Positions 1 through 14,340 of a DNA stretch of 64,000 bases are shown one piece after another. This stretch comes from Octopus sinensis (lineage: Eukaryota): assembly GCF_006345805.1 (NCBI RefSeq), contig NC_043018.1, forward strand, positions 25,482,001 to 25,546,000, in the 5' to 3' direction. A program made the translations under genes and the position numbers. Within the stretch, counting starts at the first letter, position 1. Every line of letters begins with the position of its first letter. The notes under the pieces are model-generated. The model worked only from the letters and a program-made list of their open reading frames with translations, had not been told where the DNA came from and did no database searches.

Positions 1-2962
1 CCATCATGTGGGTGGGTGTCCACCCCACCCCGCTATTTGACAACTGGTCTTGGTTTATTTATGTCCCTGTAAACTAGCAGTTCAGCAAAAGGCACCACTA
101 AAATAAACATTAGACTTCAAAATAATTACTGGGATTGATTTCTTTGTGGTGGTACCCCAGCCTGGCCACGGTCCAGTGACTGAAAGAGGTAAAAGATAAA
201 AAGATAAATAAAAGAATTTAGCTGGAATGTAACATTTTCATAAATATTCAATATGTGATTTTTAGTTGCAGCGAGCGAGAAGATTCTTCTGGACTTCTTT
301 GGTTTCATACAACACTTAGGGCACCTTTTCAACAGACCTGTAGGAGGATAAAGTTCTTGCTCAGAATATATTCAAAGTTCTTGAATTCTTCTTCTCTTGG
401 AACCTATTCCATACCATTTTATAGCCATGTTTGCAAGCCTGTCAGAAGATAGACAATAAAATTGCTTGCAAACCTGGCCTCTCTCTCTCCTCTTTTTGAT
501 GCCTTGCCATATTATACAAAGAATTTCTGAGAGGCACAAATAATGAAAAGCATTTGATATGATACTCTTGTTTTCTGTATTTGTATTTCACACATAACCT
601 TACATGTTACTCAACATGTTGGATGAACAAATGCCTAGCTTTATGGTCCTTCAGCAATTTTTGAGGAGTGAGATTTTGTGGATACCATTTGTCCTAGTGC
701 TTGACTAATGCTTTATTTTATCAACACCCCAGAGGGATCAAAGGCAAAGTTGATCTCTCTAGGATTTTCTGACCGAATTTAAAGAACCGGAAGAAATACT
801 GCTAAGCATTTTGTTTGCTGCTTTACCAATTCTGCTAGCTTGATAATAATTGCTTCTAACACAGGCACAAGGTCATAGAATTATGGTGAAGAGAACTGGA
901 ACGTATACTGTTAGGTATTTTTGCACTATGCTCTGATGATCTTCCAATTCTATAACAGTAAATAGTAGTCGTTCCCTTAAGTCCTGATTTGGGAAGCTAA
1001 TTGAAAAGTACAAAAATAGGATGTACCATTTTCTTGATAGATTTATAGTTGCAGAAGCTTGAAAATGCCTGGACCACTGGCTCAAAATTTCATACACACA
1101 CACCTACCTACCTACTTCCTGCACATTATGATCATACCACATTACTTGACAGTGAAAATCAGTCAAGTGATATTATATCAAAGAGTAAAGCCAAACCACA
1201 CCTATTAAAAAAAAAAAAAGGTGTGGTTGAGAGAGTGTCTTGTGTAAATATGTATAATTTTTTTACTTTTTCAGTTCTTTTTTTTTTTTTTTTTTTACTT
1301 GTTTTCGTCATTAAACTGCAGCCATAGTGGAGCACTGCTTTTATTATAAAACATTCATATATATATATGTATGGATGTGCATATATATATTTATACACAC
1401 ACACCATCTGAGCATGATCATTGCCAGAGCGGCTATCTGGCCTCCGTGCCGGTGGCACGTAAAAGACACCATTTGAGCGTGATCGTTACCAGCATCGCCT
1501 TACTAGCATCTGTGCCGGTGGCATGTGTAAAAGATTCGAGCGAGGTCGTTGCCAGTACTGCCTGACTGGCCCCGTGCCAGTGGCACGTAAATGCACCCAC
1601 TACACTCTCGGAGTGGTTGGTGTTAGGAAGGGCATCCAGCTGTAGAAACTCTGCCAGATCAAAATTGAAGCCTGGTGCAGCCATCTGGTTCGCCAGCCCT
1701 CAGTCGATCGTCCAACCCATGCTAGCATGGAAAGCGGACGTTAAAGGATGATGATGACATACACATGTACGTACGTACCTGTATATATCATTGCTATTAT
1801 GCAAAACGTTGCTTTTTTCAGAAAAAAATAGTTTCGTCATTCCATAGCAAAACTGTTGTACTACACTTTGACAATTTTCGATATCCTGGCATCTGAAACT
1901 GCTAGAGATATGGTAGGTTGACCAAAAGAGCCAGCTATTGCAAGGAAAAATAAATATCGGGAAAAATGCGTGTGACCAAATTTGGACGTATGACAATTTG
2001 ACATAACAGTAACCATGTCTGTCTGTCTGATTAATGACAGAGATGGGAGATACATTTTCGCTGTGTTTTGCATTTGTTTCTTTTTGAATCTGATTTTTAT
2101 TGATCTTCTATAATAATGAACTGTATCCTTTAATTTGCTGCTTTTGAATACACATACCAAGAAGAAAACTTGCAGAATAGACGTTACTTTAATGAGATAA
2201 ATCTTGTAATCACTTGAAGAGACACCTCTACACCAATAGATATGCCTAAACCAGTTGTTCAGTGTCCCACCTGTGAGGGATCAATGCTAGAGGGGTCGAA
2301 ACAATTGTAGTGATCAATAATTCCTGTATCTTCCATCTTCTGCCCCCCTCGTTAATCAAATACCCAACAAACATTGTGACAGTGAAGGTACTTTACCAGT
2401 AAACTACCAGGTGTACACCATACTATTTATCTAATAATAATATATATATATATCCAGAGTATGACTTTAAACTGCATCTTATAGTTGGGCCTTTGTACAG
2501 GAGTTTTGGTGTAGAACGACCTCTTAGACACTGTTGTTCCCATGTCTACTCTGACCTGGAGTATTATTACCTATTAGGACCCCAGCTATGGATTACTTAG
2601 CATGTGAACTGCTAAATTTGTGAGAGAGAGAGAGAGAGAGAGCAAGAGCGTGCACACACACACACAAAGTATAGGTATATATGCATTTAGATATAATGGA
2701 CTCTACCTTCAAAGATGACGTATGAGTGTTCTACTTCTGCTTGGATGACCTGCACAAATACTTTGTATTGTTGCAAATCATTTTTCTTTACAATCAAATT
2801 TCTTTATAAAAATCAAATGTATGTGCTACGCATTAGCTCACTCACTCCGTCAAATCAACATTGCTTGAATAGGTGTCAAAGTGATCACAGAGCAATGTGA
2901 GATTAAGTGTTTTGCTCAAGAACACAATACATCACCCAGTCTAGGAACTGAAACCATGATTA

Positions 2963-3021
<59 letters not shown>

Positions 3022-3202
3022 TACACACACATACAGGGTGGCCCAAATGTAGGTTTACAGTTATCCAACTATTTTGCATCCATATATTAACGGTTAAGAT
3101 CAATTTAGTTAATTGGAAGATAGAAATTTAAATGTATTAAAATGTTTTAAAAGAAATTTAAAGTGCTTATGTGATGACTGTAAACCTACTTTTGGGCCAC
3201 CT

Positions 3203-3205
<3 letters not shown>

Positions 3206-3237
<32 letters not shown>

Positions 3238-4064
3238 TGGTTAGTTCCACTCTTTTTTTTTTTCTTTTTCTTCTTCTTAGGTATATGTGTGGTAAGGTGG
3301 CGAACTGGCAGAAACGCTTGGCGGTATTTTGTCTGCCGTTACGTTCTGAGTTCAAATTCCGCCGAGGTCAACTTTGCCTTTCATCCTTTCGGGGGTTGAT
3401 AAATTAAGTACCAGTTATGCACTGGGGTCGATGTAATCGGCATAATCCCTTTGTCCTTGTTTGTCCCCTCTATGTTTAGCCCCCTGTGGGCAATAAAGAA
3501 ATAAGAAGCTTGCTTCCCAATCACATAGCACTGAGTTGAGTCACACTGCATGACATCTTGGGTCAACCAAAGCCTTGTGAGTGGATTTTGTAGGGCGAAA
3601 CTGAAAGAAGCCAATTGTGTGTGTGTGTGTGGTGTGTGTGTGTGTGTGTGTGTATTGGTTAGTTCCACTCTTTTTTTTTTTCTTTTTCTTCTTCTTAGGT
3701 ATAGGTGTGGCTGTGTGGTAAGGTGGCGAACTGGCAGAAACGCTTGGCGGTATTTTGTCTGCCGTTACGTTCTGAGTTCAAATTCCGCCGAGGTCAACTT
3801 CGCCTTTCATCCTTTCGGGGGTTGATAAATTAAGTACCAGTTATGCACTGGGGTCGATGTAATCGGCATAATCCCTTTGTCCTTGTTTGTCCCCTCTATG
3901 TTTAGCCCCCTGTGGGCAATAAAGAAATAAGAAGCTTGCTTCCCAATCACATAGCACTGAGTTGAGTCACACTGCATGACATCTTGGGTCAACCAAAGCC
4001 TTGTGAGTGGATTTTGTAGGGCGAAACTGAAAGAAGCCAATTGTGTGTGTGTGTGTGTGTGTGT
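3206..4064 (+). repeat. Direct tandem duplication of a 418-bp unit
   Basis: tattggttagttccac at 3235 and 3653. The units are almost identical and bounded by (GT)n. Confidence 0.95.
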
Positions 4065-5988
4065 TTGTCTGTGTTTACGTCCCCATAATTTAGTAGTTTG
4101 ACAAAAGAGATCAATGGATTAATTACCAGGATGGGGGAGGGCATTCGTTAAACCAAAAATTCTTTAAGGCAGTGCAGTCTAATGACTGAAGCAAGTAAAA
4201 GATAAGATATACCCTTGTGCTTATTATTGTTGACCTCTGTCAAGTCACTAAGTTATGGGACAAAAACAAGCCACACCATGTGCAGATGATAGACTTTTGA
4301 AAGAAAATCATCACCATTGCCATTGTCATTGATTTATTGTCCATTTTTCCATGCTTGCATGGGTTGGATCAGGTGGAATTTGTTGAGGCAGATTTTTCTA
4401 CACCTGGATGCCTATCCTGTCACCTACCCTCACCTGTTTCCCATGCCCAGCATGTTTTTGGTGGAAGACTGGAAGCAAACAACACCGCTTGTATGACAGT
4501 GGTGCTCATATACAATCATCACATGATGCCAAGACAAGGTTAGATACTAACATAATGTATATATATATATATACATGTATAAATTGTTTGAGGTTGTGTA
4601 CAGATTTTATATATTAAGGAAAAGGAGGCAGTCAGGATCAGAAGAACTATTTATTTAGCACTTTTGTCCCTTTGAAGGATTCGTCATTAAATTTTTTTTA
4701 TATGGAAAATTCATACCTTTTAGATATATGTGAGTGAGTTAAAAAAAAAAATCTGGAGGTGACATTGTTTTCTTGGGCAGGCAAACACAAGCCCACGTAA
4801 CACACCGTTTTGAGTCTCTGCCGACTGAATCTACTCATAGTTTAGTTGGCCTGGGGCTGTAACATATGGCACTTGCTCAAGATGCTGTGAAGTGGAACTA
4901 AATCTGAGCTGCAGAATCCAGGAAGCAAGCTTCTCAAATACAACCAGCCATTATTTTTACATATGTGCTTGGTTATGAAAGGGTTATGAAAGGGTTAATC
5001 TTTAATCAGTTTAGCTTTTTTTTACTCTCTTTACTCTCTTACTTGTTTCAGTCATTTGACTGCGGCCATGCTGGAGCACCGCCTTTAATCGAGCAACACG
5101 ACCCCGGCACTTATTCTTTGTAAGCCCAGTACTTATTCTATCGGTCTGTTTTGCTGAACCGCTAAGTGACGGGGACATAAACACACCAGCATCGGTTGTC
5201 AAGCAATGCTAGGGGGACAAACACAGACACACACGCATACATATATGTATATATATATATATATATATACATATATATGACGGGCTTCTTTTCAGTTTCC
5301 GTCTACCAAATCCACTCACAAGGCTTTGGTCAGCCCGAGGCTATAGTAGAAGACACTTGCCCAAGGTGCCACGCAGTGGGACTGAACCCGGAACCATGTG
5401 GTTGGTAAACAAGCTACTAACCACACAGCCACTCCTGCGCCTTTTTAAAATAAATAAAAAAAAAAAAAAAAAAGCAAATATTGTCACTATTCTTTCAGTG
5501 CACACCTTAATATTTGCTCTCCCCCCCCCCCGCCTCACACAGCAAATGGTCCATACTTGCCTGTGTGACATTAAAACTTTGCTGCTGCTGGTGGTGGTGC
5601 CAGAACTTAACATACAGTACTGACAACTGTTGGCGTAACCAGCTTCATTCAGCTAGATTATATATCATTTCTGCCGAGCTCTGCTGATGTTCTGCGTTGA
5701 GTTCTGCAATCAATAAGTATTGCTTGGACTCTGAGCAACACTGGCATGTTGTCATAGTGAGTATAGATTAATTTACGATGATGCTGCCGCCATTCAGCTC
5801 TCTAGAAACACTGGTTGTAATTCAGCAGTCATTGATGACTGTATACGCGCGCGCTTGTGTGTGTGTGTGTGTGTGCATACATACCTAATGGATGTGCATA
5901 CATATGCATGTATGTGTTTATATATGTATGAATTTAACCTATTTCTAACAGGTTGCATCATACTCTTATTAGTTATATATATATATAT

Positions 5989-6038
<50 letters not shown>

Positions 6039-7743
6039 CTTTAAGATATGACAGACAAAATCAGATTCCTTTCTGGCTTTTTTTTTCCCCTTCATATTTT
6101 TGTAAATGCAGAAGCATGTACATGTAATTATCATATTTAATATGGTGGAGAAACCAGGAAGAAATGAAGATATACAGCTGTGGAGATAAATATATGCAAC
6201 TGGTCATCAGCGTTTTGTTTCTCTCTCTCTAGATCAGGTTAGAGCTAGAAACGCAATATTTAAGCATTGATTTCTTGTTAGAATTAAAATTAAGAATATA
6301 TTGTCTTGCTATTGTCAAGAACTCTAACCATTTCATGTCTAGTTTGCCAATAAGTTGCACTCTATATATATCTTATTAACTTAGCTATCAGGCCATAAAC
6401 AGCTGATGTATTTATCCATTGTTGTGATTTTATGCCTACTTAAGGTGGCAAGCTGGAAGAATTGCTATGGCACCAGACAAAACGCTTAGCGGCATTTCTT
6501 CCGGCTCTTTGTCTTCCGAGTTCAAATGCCACTGAGGTTGGCGTTACTTTTCATTTCTTTTGGGGTTTGTAAAATAAGTACCCTCCCCATGAATTTCAGG
6601 CCCTGTGCTTGAAGCAAAAAAAAACCCAGTTTTATGCTTCTAGCGCTGTACCTTAAGCAGAAACAAATATTTTATGCCATGCTCCGTGGGCTGATCATGG
6701 GTTGGACAATTTTGTCAATCGATCCGTGTCATGTTCTTATTCAGAGTTACTATCCTCCTAGGTGTGGTCAGGAGAAACAACCCTTGCTTGTTCATTTTAT
6801 ATTGCCTTGAGGCAGGTAGACCTGGAGTAAAGAGGGCGTGTCATTGATGAGGGTGCAAATGATGACAAAAGGACTCTGACAAATTTTGCTGACTGATCAA
6901 CTGACTGAATGATTGTTTAATCAAACAATTATGATTGGTTAAATGTTAACTGACTTTTAATAATAACAATAATAAAAGAAGTAAAAGAGAACCAGTGCAT
7001 GTATTATTGGCATAATGACCTTTCTGAGATACAAGTGTGTGTGTGTGTAAATAAATGTGTAAGAGAGAAATTATGGTTTCACATGGTTGTGAACTGTAAC
7101 GCTTTGGTTTGCAATACTGTGAATTTACTGCATTCACTGGTGTCTAAGCTCATCTGGGATGGGTCAAGCTGGCTTCATCCAGTAAAGGAATTACTCACTA
7201 CTATTAAATGGAATAACATTCAAAACAGAATTAATATATCATTACTCAGCATTTCTCAATCCTCAGCCAACACACACACACACACACGTGTTTGTTTTGA
7301 TATTTGCTTTTTTGTCATGTTAGCATGGATTAGGCATATCATCATCCATTGTCCATCCTGGCATAGGATGGACAGTTTGACCAGAGCTGGTAAGCTAAGG
7401 GGCTGCACCAGACTCCAGTCTGATTTGGCATGATTTCTATGGTTGGATGTCCTTCCCAATGCCAACAACTCCGAGAGTGTAACAGGTGCTTTTACATGCC
7501 ACTGGCACGGGTGCCATTTGTGTGACACCAGTATCTGCTATGATTTCACTTGACTTGATGGGTCTTCTCAAGCACGGCATATTGCTTGAAGGCCTTGGTC
7601 ATTTGTCATTGCCTCTGTGAGGCCCAATGCTCGAAAGGTTCTTTTTATGTGCCACCAGCACAGGTGCATATATATATATAAAGGAATTTTGATGAAGTGG
7701 TTAGCCCCACATGGTGAGTTGTAATGTAAAAATATATAAAAAG

Positions 7744-8031
7744 AGGAAAATGCACACCGTTCACATAGTTTTAATGTTTTAAATGGCAGAGTATTGTGAT
7801 AGTCGATTGGTTTTGTGTTTCACCTATCATAACAATGAAATTATTGCAATTTTGTATTCTCTTCAGAAATTTTCTTGTGTATGTTCTTGTATGAGAGTAA
7901 AAACTTTTTAAGAAAATATGTAATTGCAATACTTTCATTGTCATGATAAGCAAAATGCGAAACCGGTCGACTATCGCAATACTCTATCATTTAAAATATA
8001 TTAAAACTATGTAAATTGTGTGCATTTTCCT
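7744..8031. repeat. Older fold-back element (about 135-bp arms, roughly 80% identical by eye) with decayed hammerhead-like cores
   Basis: aggaaaatgcacac...gtgtgcattttcct inverted arms in (TA)-rich flanks. The right arm has GTC-ATGATAA-GCA-AAA-TGC-GAAACCGGTC-GAC at 7940-7971. Confidence 0.7.
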
Positions 8032-8861
8032 TATATATATATATATGATGGACTCTCTCATCATTAGATGATGTATGAGGGTACGACAATTTCTTGCTGA
8101 ACAACCACACATGATTTGTTTATAGTGATCAAATGTTTGTATAGACATAAGCTCACTCCCTCCTCAAATCGACATTACCTGTACAGGTGGAATGGGTGCC
8201 ACATGTCAGATATTGAAATGATCACAGAGCAACCTGAAATGAAGTACTCTGCTCAAGAACACAACTCAACTCCCTGTCTGGGAATTGAACCCATAATCTT
8301 GCAATCATGAGTGCAACACCTTAACCACTAAGCCATCAACCTTCACAATAAATATATATGTGTGTGTGTAGTGTGTATATATGTGTGGTGTGTATGTATA
8401 TATATATATATATGTGTGTGTGGTGTATATATATATACCTTGTTGCGTTCATATTGCTAACCCTTAAAAGTAGATAATTTGTTGATGGGGGAAATGACAA
8501 ACCTTTTGTCTGTCTTTACGTTCTGAGTTCAAATTCTGCCATGGTCAACTTCACCTTTCATTCCACCCCCCATCCAAATTTCAGGCCTTGTGCCTATAAT
8601 AGAAAGGATTATTGTTCATGGTGATCATTTGCCTTTGTTTGTGCTTGTGTGTCTGCATATGCATTATCACTAATAAGGAAAACCAAAAGAAAAGCTTGAG
8701 CAGGAATTTCCATTTTCCCCCCGCTTTGCGCTTCCTTGGTCTCAGGTTTTTTTGCTATGTATTTTTTTTTATATATAATATGCAAAAATATCACTAATAT
8801 TTCTAAAATGGTTTATTTACTCAATAATAAACCGAATGAACTCTTCCCACCCACCTCTTAA

Positions 8862-11380
8862 CCATTTCATTACTATATACAGTATATATGTATATACACT
8901 GTATATTTTTTCTTATATATATATATTATTTAAAAAACCAAAATACACCTCTCATGTATTTTAATTAAAGTCTAATATTATTGTAAATTTAGACTGGTTT
9001 CATAAAACAACTCCAACTTTTTAATTTATCAAAATATTAATGTGATTTTTGGAACACAATTTTACAAACAATTTTAAAAAACAAATCTATTGCTTAATGT
9101 TTTTGGCTCAAAGTTACTCTAATTACAGGTAAATATAAATATAAAATTATTCAGTTTTTTTCTAAAACCTCGTCATAGAAAATGAGTTATTAGCTAATAT
9201 TCAAATGAGTATATGACAAAATTTTAATATAAAAGTATTGTGCACATTATTAGATTATCATATAACTTGAATGCATATAAGACAGGTGTTACAATAAATA
9301 TTAAAATAGAGAGAAATATTTGATTTTATCTTTGTAGAAAACTAGGAAACTAAATTCACTTGCCATTAATTAACTAAATGAAATTAACTCACATACATGC
9401 ACAAATACACAGAAACACATTTGATAATGATTCACAATGCAAACTGATAAAAAAAAGATGTCAATCACCTTACAGGTAAATTAAAATTACAGGTAATAAA
9501 AAAAAAACTAAGGTAAATTTAGGAAAAATATTTATAAAATCAAATATCTTTTTCTCTTTCTATAATGGAAACTTGTAGAGCACCCCATTCTATATAATGC
9601 AACCTTACAGAATGCAAACTGGAAATTTGTTTCAACTGCTTGTCCACTGGTAGCTTTCCCCAACCCTCAATTTTTTTCTAATTTATGGAAATTGGCTGAA
9701 TTCAGAGGGATATCTCTCTGACAGGCTTCTAGTTTTTCTCCTGACAGTTATTTTTTGGGATGAAAAACCAGCCCTCAACTGCATTGCTAGATCTGCTCAC
9801 AACTGGTGATGGTCACCTCACTTTTGAGCCTCTCCTGATTTCGTATATAGTGGAAGTGCATTAACAGTGCTCATATTTACTCTATACCAAACTAGGTATT
9901 GCAACCATTAATTACCCGGTCTACCAACTAGGTAATAGCTCATCATTTGATTCAGCCAATCTACACCACCCATGTACCTGTTATAATTCAGGTTAAAAAA
10001 TGGGGTGCTATTTTCACCCACATGTGGTTGCACACAGGTAAATAGAAAACTTAGTTACTTCTTATCTCTGTATGTGGTCGCTTGCAAGTTTCCTTTCTAC
10101 TGTTGGATTATTTCATCTCTGATTTTTAATTTTGCCTATTTTATATCCAATGGCAGCCCTTTTCTACTGGCAACTACTATAGCACATGTATATGCTGTCA
10201 CAGTTTCTAAATCTGCTGCAGGTTTGATCAAACTGAAAAACTCGTCAAAAAAAGAATATATCTTTACTACCCACAAGGGGCTAAACACAGAGGGGACAGA
10301 CAAAGAGATTAAGTCAATTACATCAACCCCAGTGCGTAACTGGTACTTAATTTATCGACCCCGAAAGGATGAAAGGCAAAGTCGACCTCGGCAGAATTTG
10401 AACTCGGAACGTAACGACAGACGAAATACGGCTACGCATTTTGCCCGGCGTGCTAGCATTTCTGCCAGCTCACTGGTCAAAAAAATATATGGCTCTAGTT
10501 ATGGTATCAGTGTGATATATTCCAGACCATATATCAGCCTAGGCCATGCTGGCTTACATTATTCATTTTCCTGATGTAAAAGCTGAACCAACAGCAGTGT
10601 ATTAACTTCACAAATCTTCCAAACTTTGATACCCTGTTTTGTGGGTTTTCCGGGCATGTATTGTTGGAAATGTACTCCACTGTTATAACCCACCGTACTA
10701 TCATTGACAAATTGGTATCTCCCTGGTTTGTACAATGTTTTATATGTGTAGAAATTAGATTCCACAGTAATTGTTTTGAAGAAACTAAGAGCAGAGAAAA
10801 AAAAAAGTCCAATGGTTTTGTTTCCTGGGAAAGACTATGACTAGGTTCAGTCTCTTCAGAAAAATCAGTAAGAAAGACAGTTTTTAAACTTTTATTCCAT
10901 TCAGGTGCAAATCCATTTTCTTTGTCGCTGTCGGAGTTGTCAGAATTGCTTTCACTTTTGGAAATGGAGATATCCAATTCATACTCACACACCATGTGGT
11001 CTTTGTGTTCTTTGTATATTTTGCTTGAGTTTTGTATGTCTTCAGTCAAAAATCCTTCAAATTCTGATTCACTACAGGATAACATGAAACTGGTGTCCAT
11101 TTTCTGCCAGTAATATATGAAAAAAAAAAAATTTTTTCAAGCTGATGTAGAAAAAAACCTTGGGGTGGGGTGTCAAAAATCCAGTGGTTAGGTATCATAC
11201 CAAATACTGTTGGATGCTGTAACTTAATTATTCATATAATGAAATCATGTATTTTCATGAATGTACTAATGAGATTCGTGCTGAAGTTCTCATTTAAATA
11301 TGACTAGGTTATTTCAGCCATTTTTAGCCAGGTTTGGTAACATTCGCCAATAAAATACAATCACCTTAGTAATGAAAGGG
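8862..11380 (-). mobile_element. Decayed, internally deleted piggyBac DNA transposon
   Basis: TTAA-CCATTTCATTAC ... GTAATGAAAGGG-TTAT ends. Minus-strand remnants: acidic N-terminus, VNDSTVGYNSGVHFQQYMPGKPTKQGIKVWKIC, YNRYMGGVDWLNQ and a C-terminal ETNFQFAFCKVALYRMGCSTSFH cysteine-rich relic. Frameshifts, stops and a SINE insertion at about 10258-10472. Confidence 0.9.
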
Positions 11381-13959
11381 TTATTGTAGTTGTGATACCT
11401 GTGCTGGTGGCACATAGGGCCTCATAGAGGGAATGATGAAGACCGAGACCTCTGAGATATGCTGTGACTGTGAAGACCCGACAAATAAAGTGAGTTCATG
11501 GCTTGCAGGACAGCCTGCTGTGTTAATCTTGGATTGTAGAGTGACCCGCTGTTCTTGGGGAGACCTGTTGAGTCAAGTACGTCAACACCAACATCAAAAT
11601 AAAAATCAAATGGAAATTGTAGTTAAGATACCTATGCTGGTGACACGTAAAAAGCACCGTCCGAACGTGGCAGATGCCAGCACTGCCTGACTGGCGTCTG
11701 TGTCGGTGACACGTAAAAGCACCAACCGATCGTGGCCGTTTGCCAGCCCCATCTGGTCCCTGTGCCGGTGGCACGTAAAAATCACCCACTACACTCATGG
11801 AGTGGTTGGCGTTAGGAAGGGCATCCAGCTGTAGAAACACTGCCAGATCAGACTGGACCCAGGTCGAACCGTCCAACCCATGGACGTTAATGATGATGAT
11901 CTTGGTTCTATTCTATTTAAGTGTACATCTTTGATGTTCTTAATATGTTTACATACACTTCACTTATTATTCATCAAGTTAATGTCTCTTAGAATTATTA
12001 TGATTTAAAAATCCTTCTAGCTGTCTACACCAGCAAATTAAAATATTAAAATATTCATCTGTATATTTTGTAGTTGCTTCACCACAGGTCAGTTCTGGTT
12101 TGGCAGGCTTCTGAGCTAGGTTGTTTCAGATGTAACTATCTTTTGTTTTTTGAGATAGTGCAGCTTGGATTAAATTATTTTTGAGTTAATATTCTGTTGA
12201 AAATTTTTTTTGTCAAAACCACAGAACTGCAATGATTGTGCAGAAAATACCTAAAAATGTCAGATTATGAAAATTGGCTGAAAATTGCAGAAAAGACTTA
12301 ATTTTTTGATATAGTTCAGGATGGTCATCACCCCCCCCCATAAGCACACACACACACTATATATATATATATATTTGTTCTTCACTCATTTATTATTGCT
12401 CTTATTTATGTCCATTGTCTGGAAATCTTTTGTCACACATCTGTGACCTCTTCAGCATCCTCTCCATCCAAGTGTATCCTTCTGCTCCACCTAGTCCATT
12501 CTTAATTTTTTCTTTCTATTCAGTGTAAGTTGGTTTTGTGTGCTTGTTAAATACACAATAACTAATAAACGGATTCACACAAGATGATGGGAAGGATGAT
12601 GTTGGGGTTAAATTAAATGTAATTATTAACAGAGACAGTCATAGAAACACCATGAGGAAACAAAAAAACATTTTCCTTGATCTTTTTATAGAATTTACAG
12701 CTAAGAAGCACAGGTGGTCCCTTTAGTTTTGCATACAAATTGGTTTGTTTGACTATCATGCTGATCAAACACATGTGGTTAGGAGGAAAACTTTGTAACA
12801 CTCAGTCATGTTGGCATCTTAATTATTTTATTCATTTTTTTTTTTTGAGGCGGAGTAGTTGCTTAGGGATTGTCAAATTTGACAGGCAAACTATCATTTA
12901 TGCAAGCCTGTGTATATGATGTATGTATGTATGTATGTATGCATGCATGCACATGGAGAAAGAATGCTTATTTGGAAAGAATGAGTGACTAAAATAGGGA
13001 TAAAGGAGATGGATATGGATTTGCTGTCTGGCATGTCTTGTGTGACCATAATTTCCTGTTCTGACTTGTGGTGGGCCTGCATTATTACAGCATCTTTCAC
13101 TACGTCCCGTTTTATCCCATGTGTTTGTGACTGAGGCGGAGATGTAGCAGTGTGCACGCGTGCGTGCACACACACAACACGTGCACGCACACACACATGC
13201 ATACCAACATGGTTTGTGTTCCTTAGCTTCTATATACATTATGATGCCACATGAATAGGATCAATCTAGGAAAACTACCTTTTTTTTAAAAAATTCTTTT
13301 TTGGCTCTTTTCCCCTCCCAAAATTGATGGGACTTTAACACTACCATCACCACCACTACCCCCTCCAACAAGCAACTACCATTCAGAATAAAATGTTTTT
13401 TTTTTCCTCTTTTGTTATTATTGTCTAAATCCAGGTCAGCCCTGATCAAGCAGACTGGATAATTCAAAGCATTCCAGCCATGACTATGCATAAAATCCAG
13501 TACTATATTATTCAACATGCTTGTTTCTAAGACTGTAGTTAGTTAGCTTCTATTTTTAGCAGATTGAGCATCTATATGGAGGCTCCCCGGGGGGGGGGGG
13601 TTCCTCCCTTAATTACTGGTAACAGTGTTTATAATTAATAGGTGTGTACTGGGGATAGTAACGGTGGTGGTGTTTAGCCATAGGCCAGCACTGATTAGGT
13701 AGACCTATGCACAAAGACACTCCAGCCAAAACCATCCCTGTTTATTTACACACAATATATTCAAGGCTACATCATCCAATGTGTCCTTGTTTTTAAGACC
13801 TGGTAGTGTGTCTGATGAGAAACTAGATGCTATTTTGAGCAGGTTGAGCGACCACAACGAGGCTTCCTCGTGGATTCTGTTGTAGTTAGTTGTGGCTGTA
13901 ACACTGTTGTGGTGGTGGTGGTGGTGGTGATGACGCATGTGGTTGTGTCTGAATGGTGA

Positions 13960-14340
13960 TGGTGATAGTAATAGTACAGTGGTTGTGACTGATGAATGAC
14001 GATGATGACGAGGATGGGTGATGGAGATAATAATAGTATGGTGGTTCTGACTGATGAATGACGATGATGACGGGGTGGGTGATGGGGATAATAATAGTAT
14101 GGTGGTTGTGACTGATGAATGACGATGATGACGGGGTGGGTGATGGGGATAATAATAGTATGGTGGTTGTGACTGATGAATAACCATGACAGTGATGATA
14201 GGGGTGGGTGATGGTGTAATGATGATGGTGATAGCAATAGTATGATGGTTGTGACTGATGAATGATGACAATAGGAGTGAGTGATGGTGTGTGAAGAAGG
14301 TGATAGTAATAGTATGATGGTTGTGACTGGTGAATGGCAA
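13960..14340. repeat. 61-bp minisatellite, about 6 copies, in a simple-repeat field
   Basis: Unit gatggggataataatagtatggtggttgtgactgatgaatgacgatgatgacggggtgggt. The register shifts by 1 per 60-nt line. Confidence 0.9.

Noticed and set aside
250-5830. Minus-strand exon-like blocks (250-440, 900-990, 2260-2340, 5570-5830)
   Set aside because: Some splice-like signals, but stops or unrecognisable peptides and no consistent frame. A lncRNA cannot be excluded without RNA data.
10005-10574. 189-aa plus-strand ORF
   Set aside because: Antisense read-through of piggyBac relic and SINE-B sequence.
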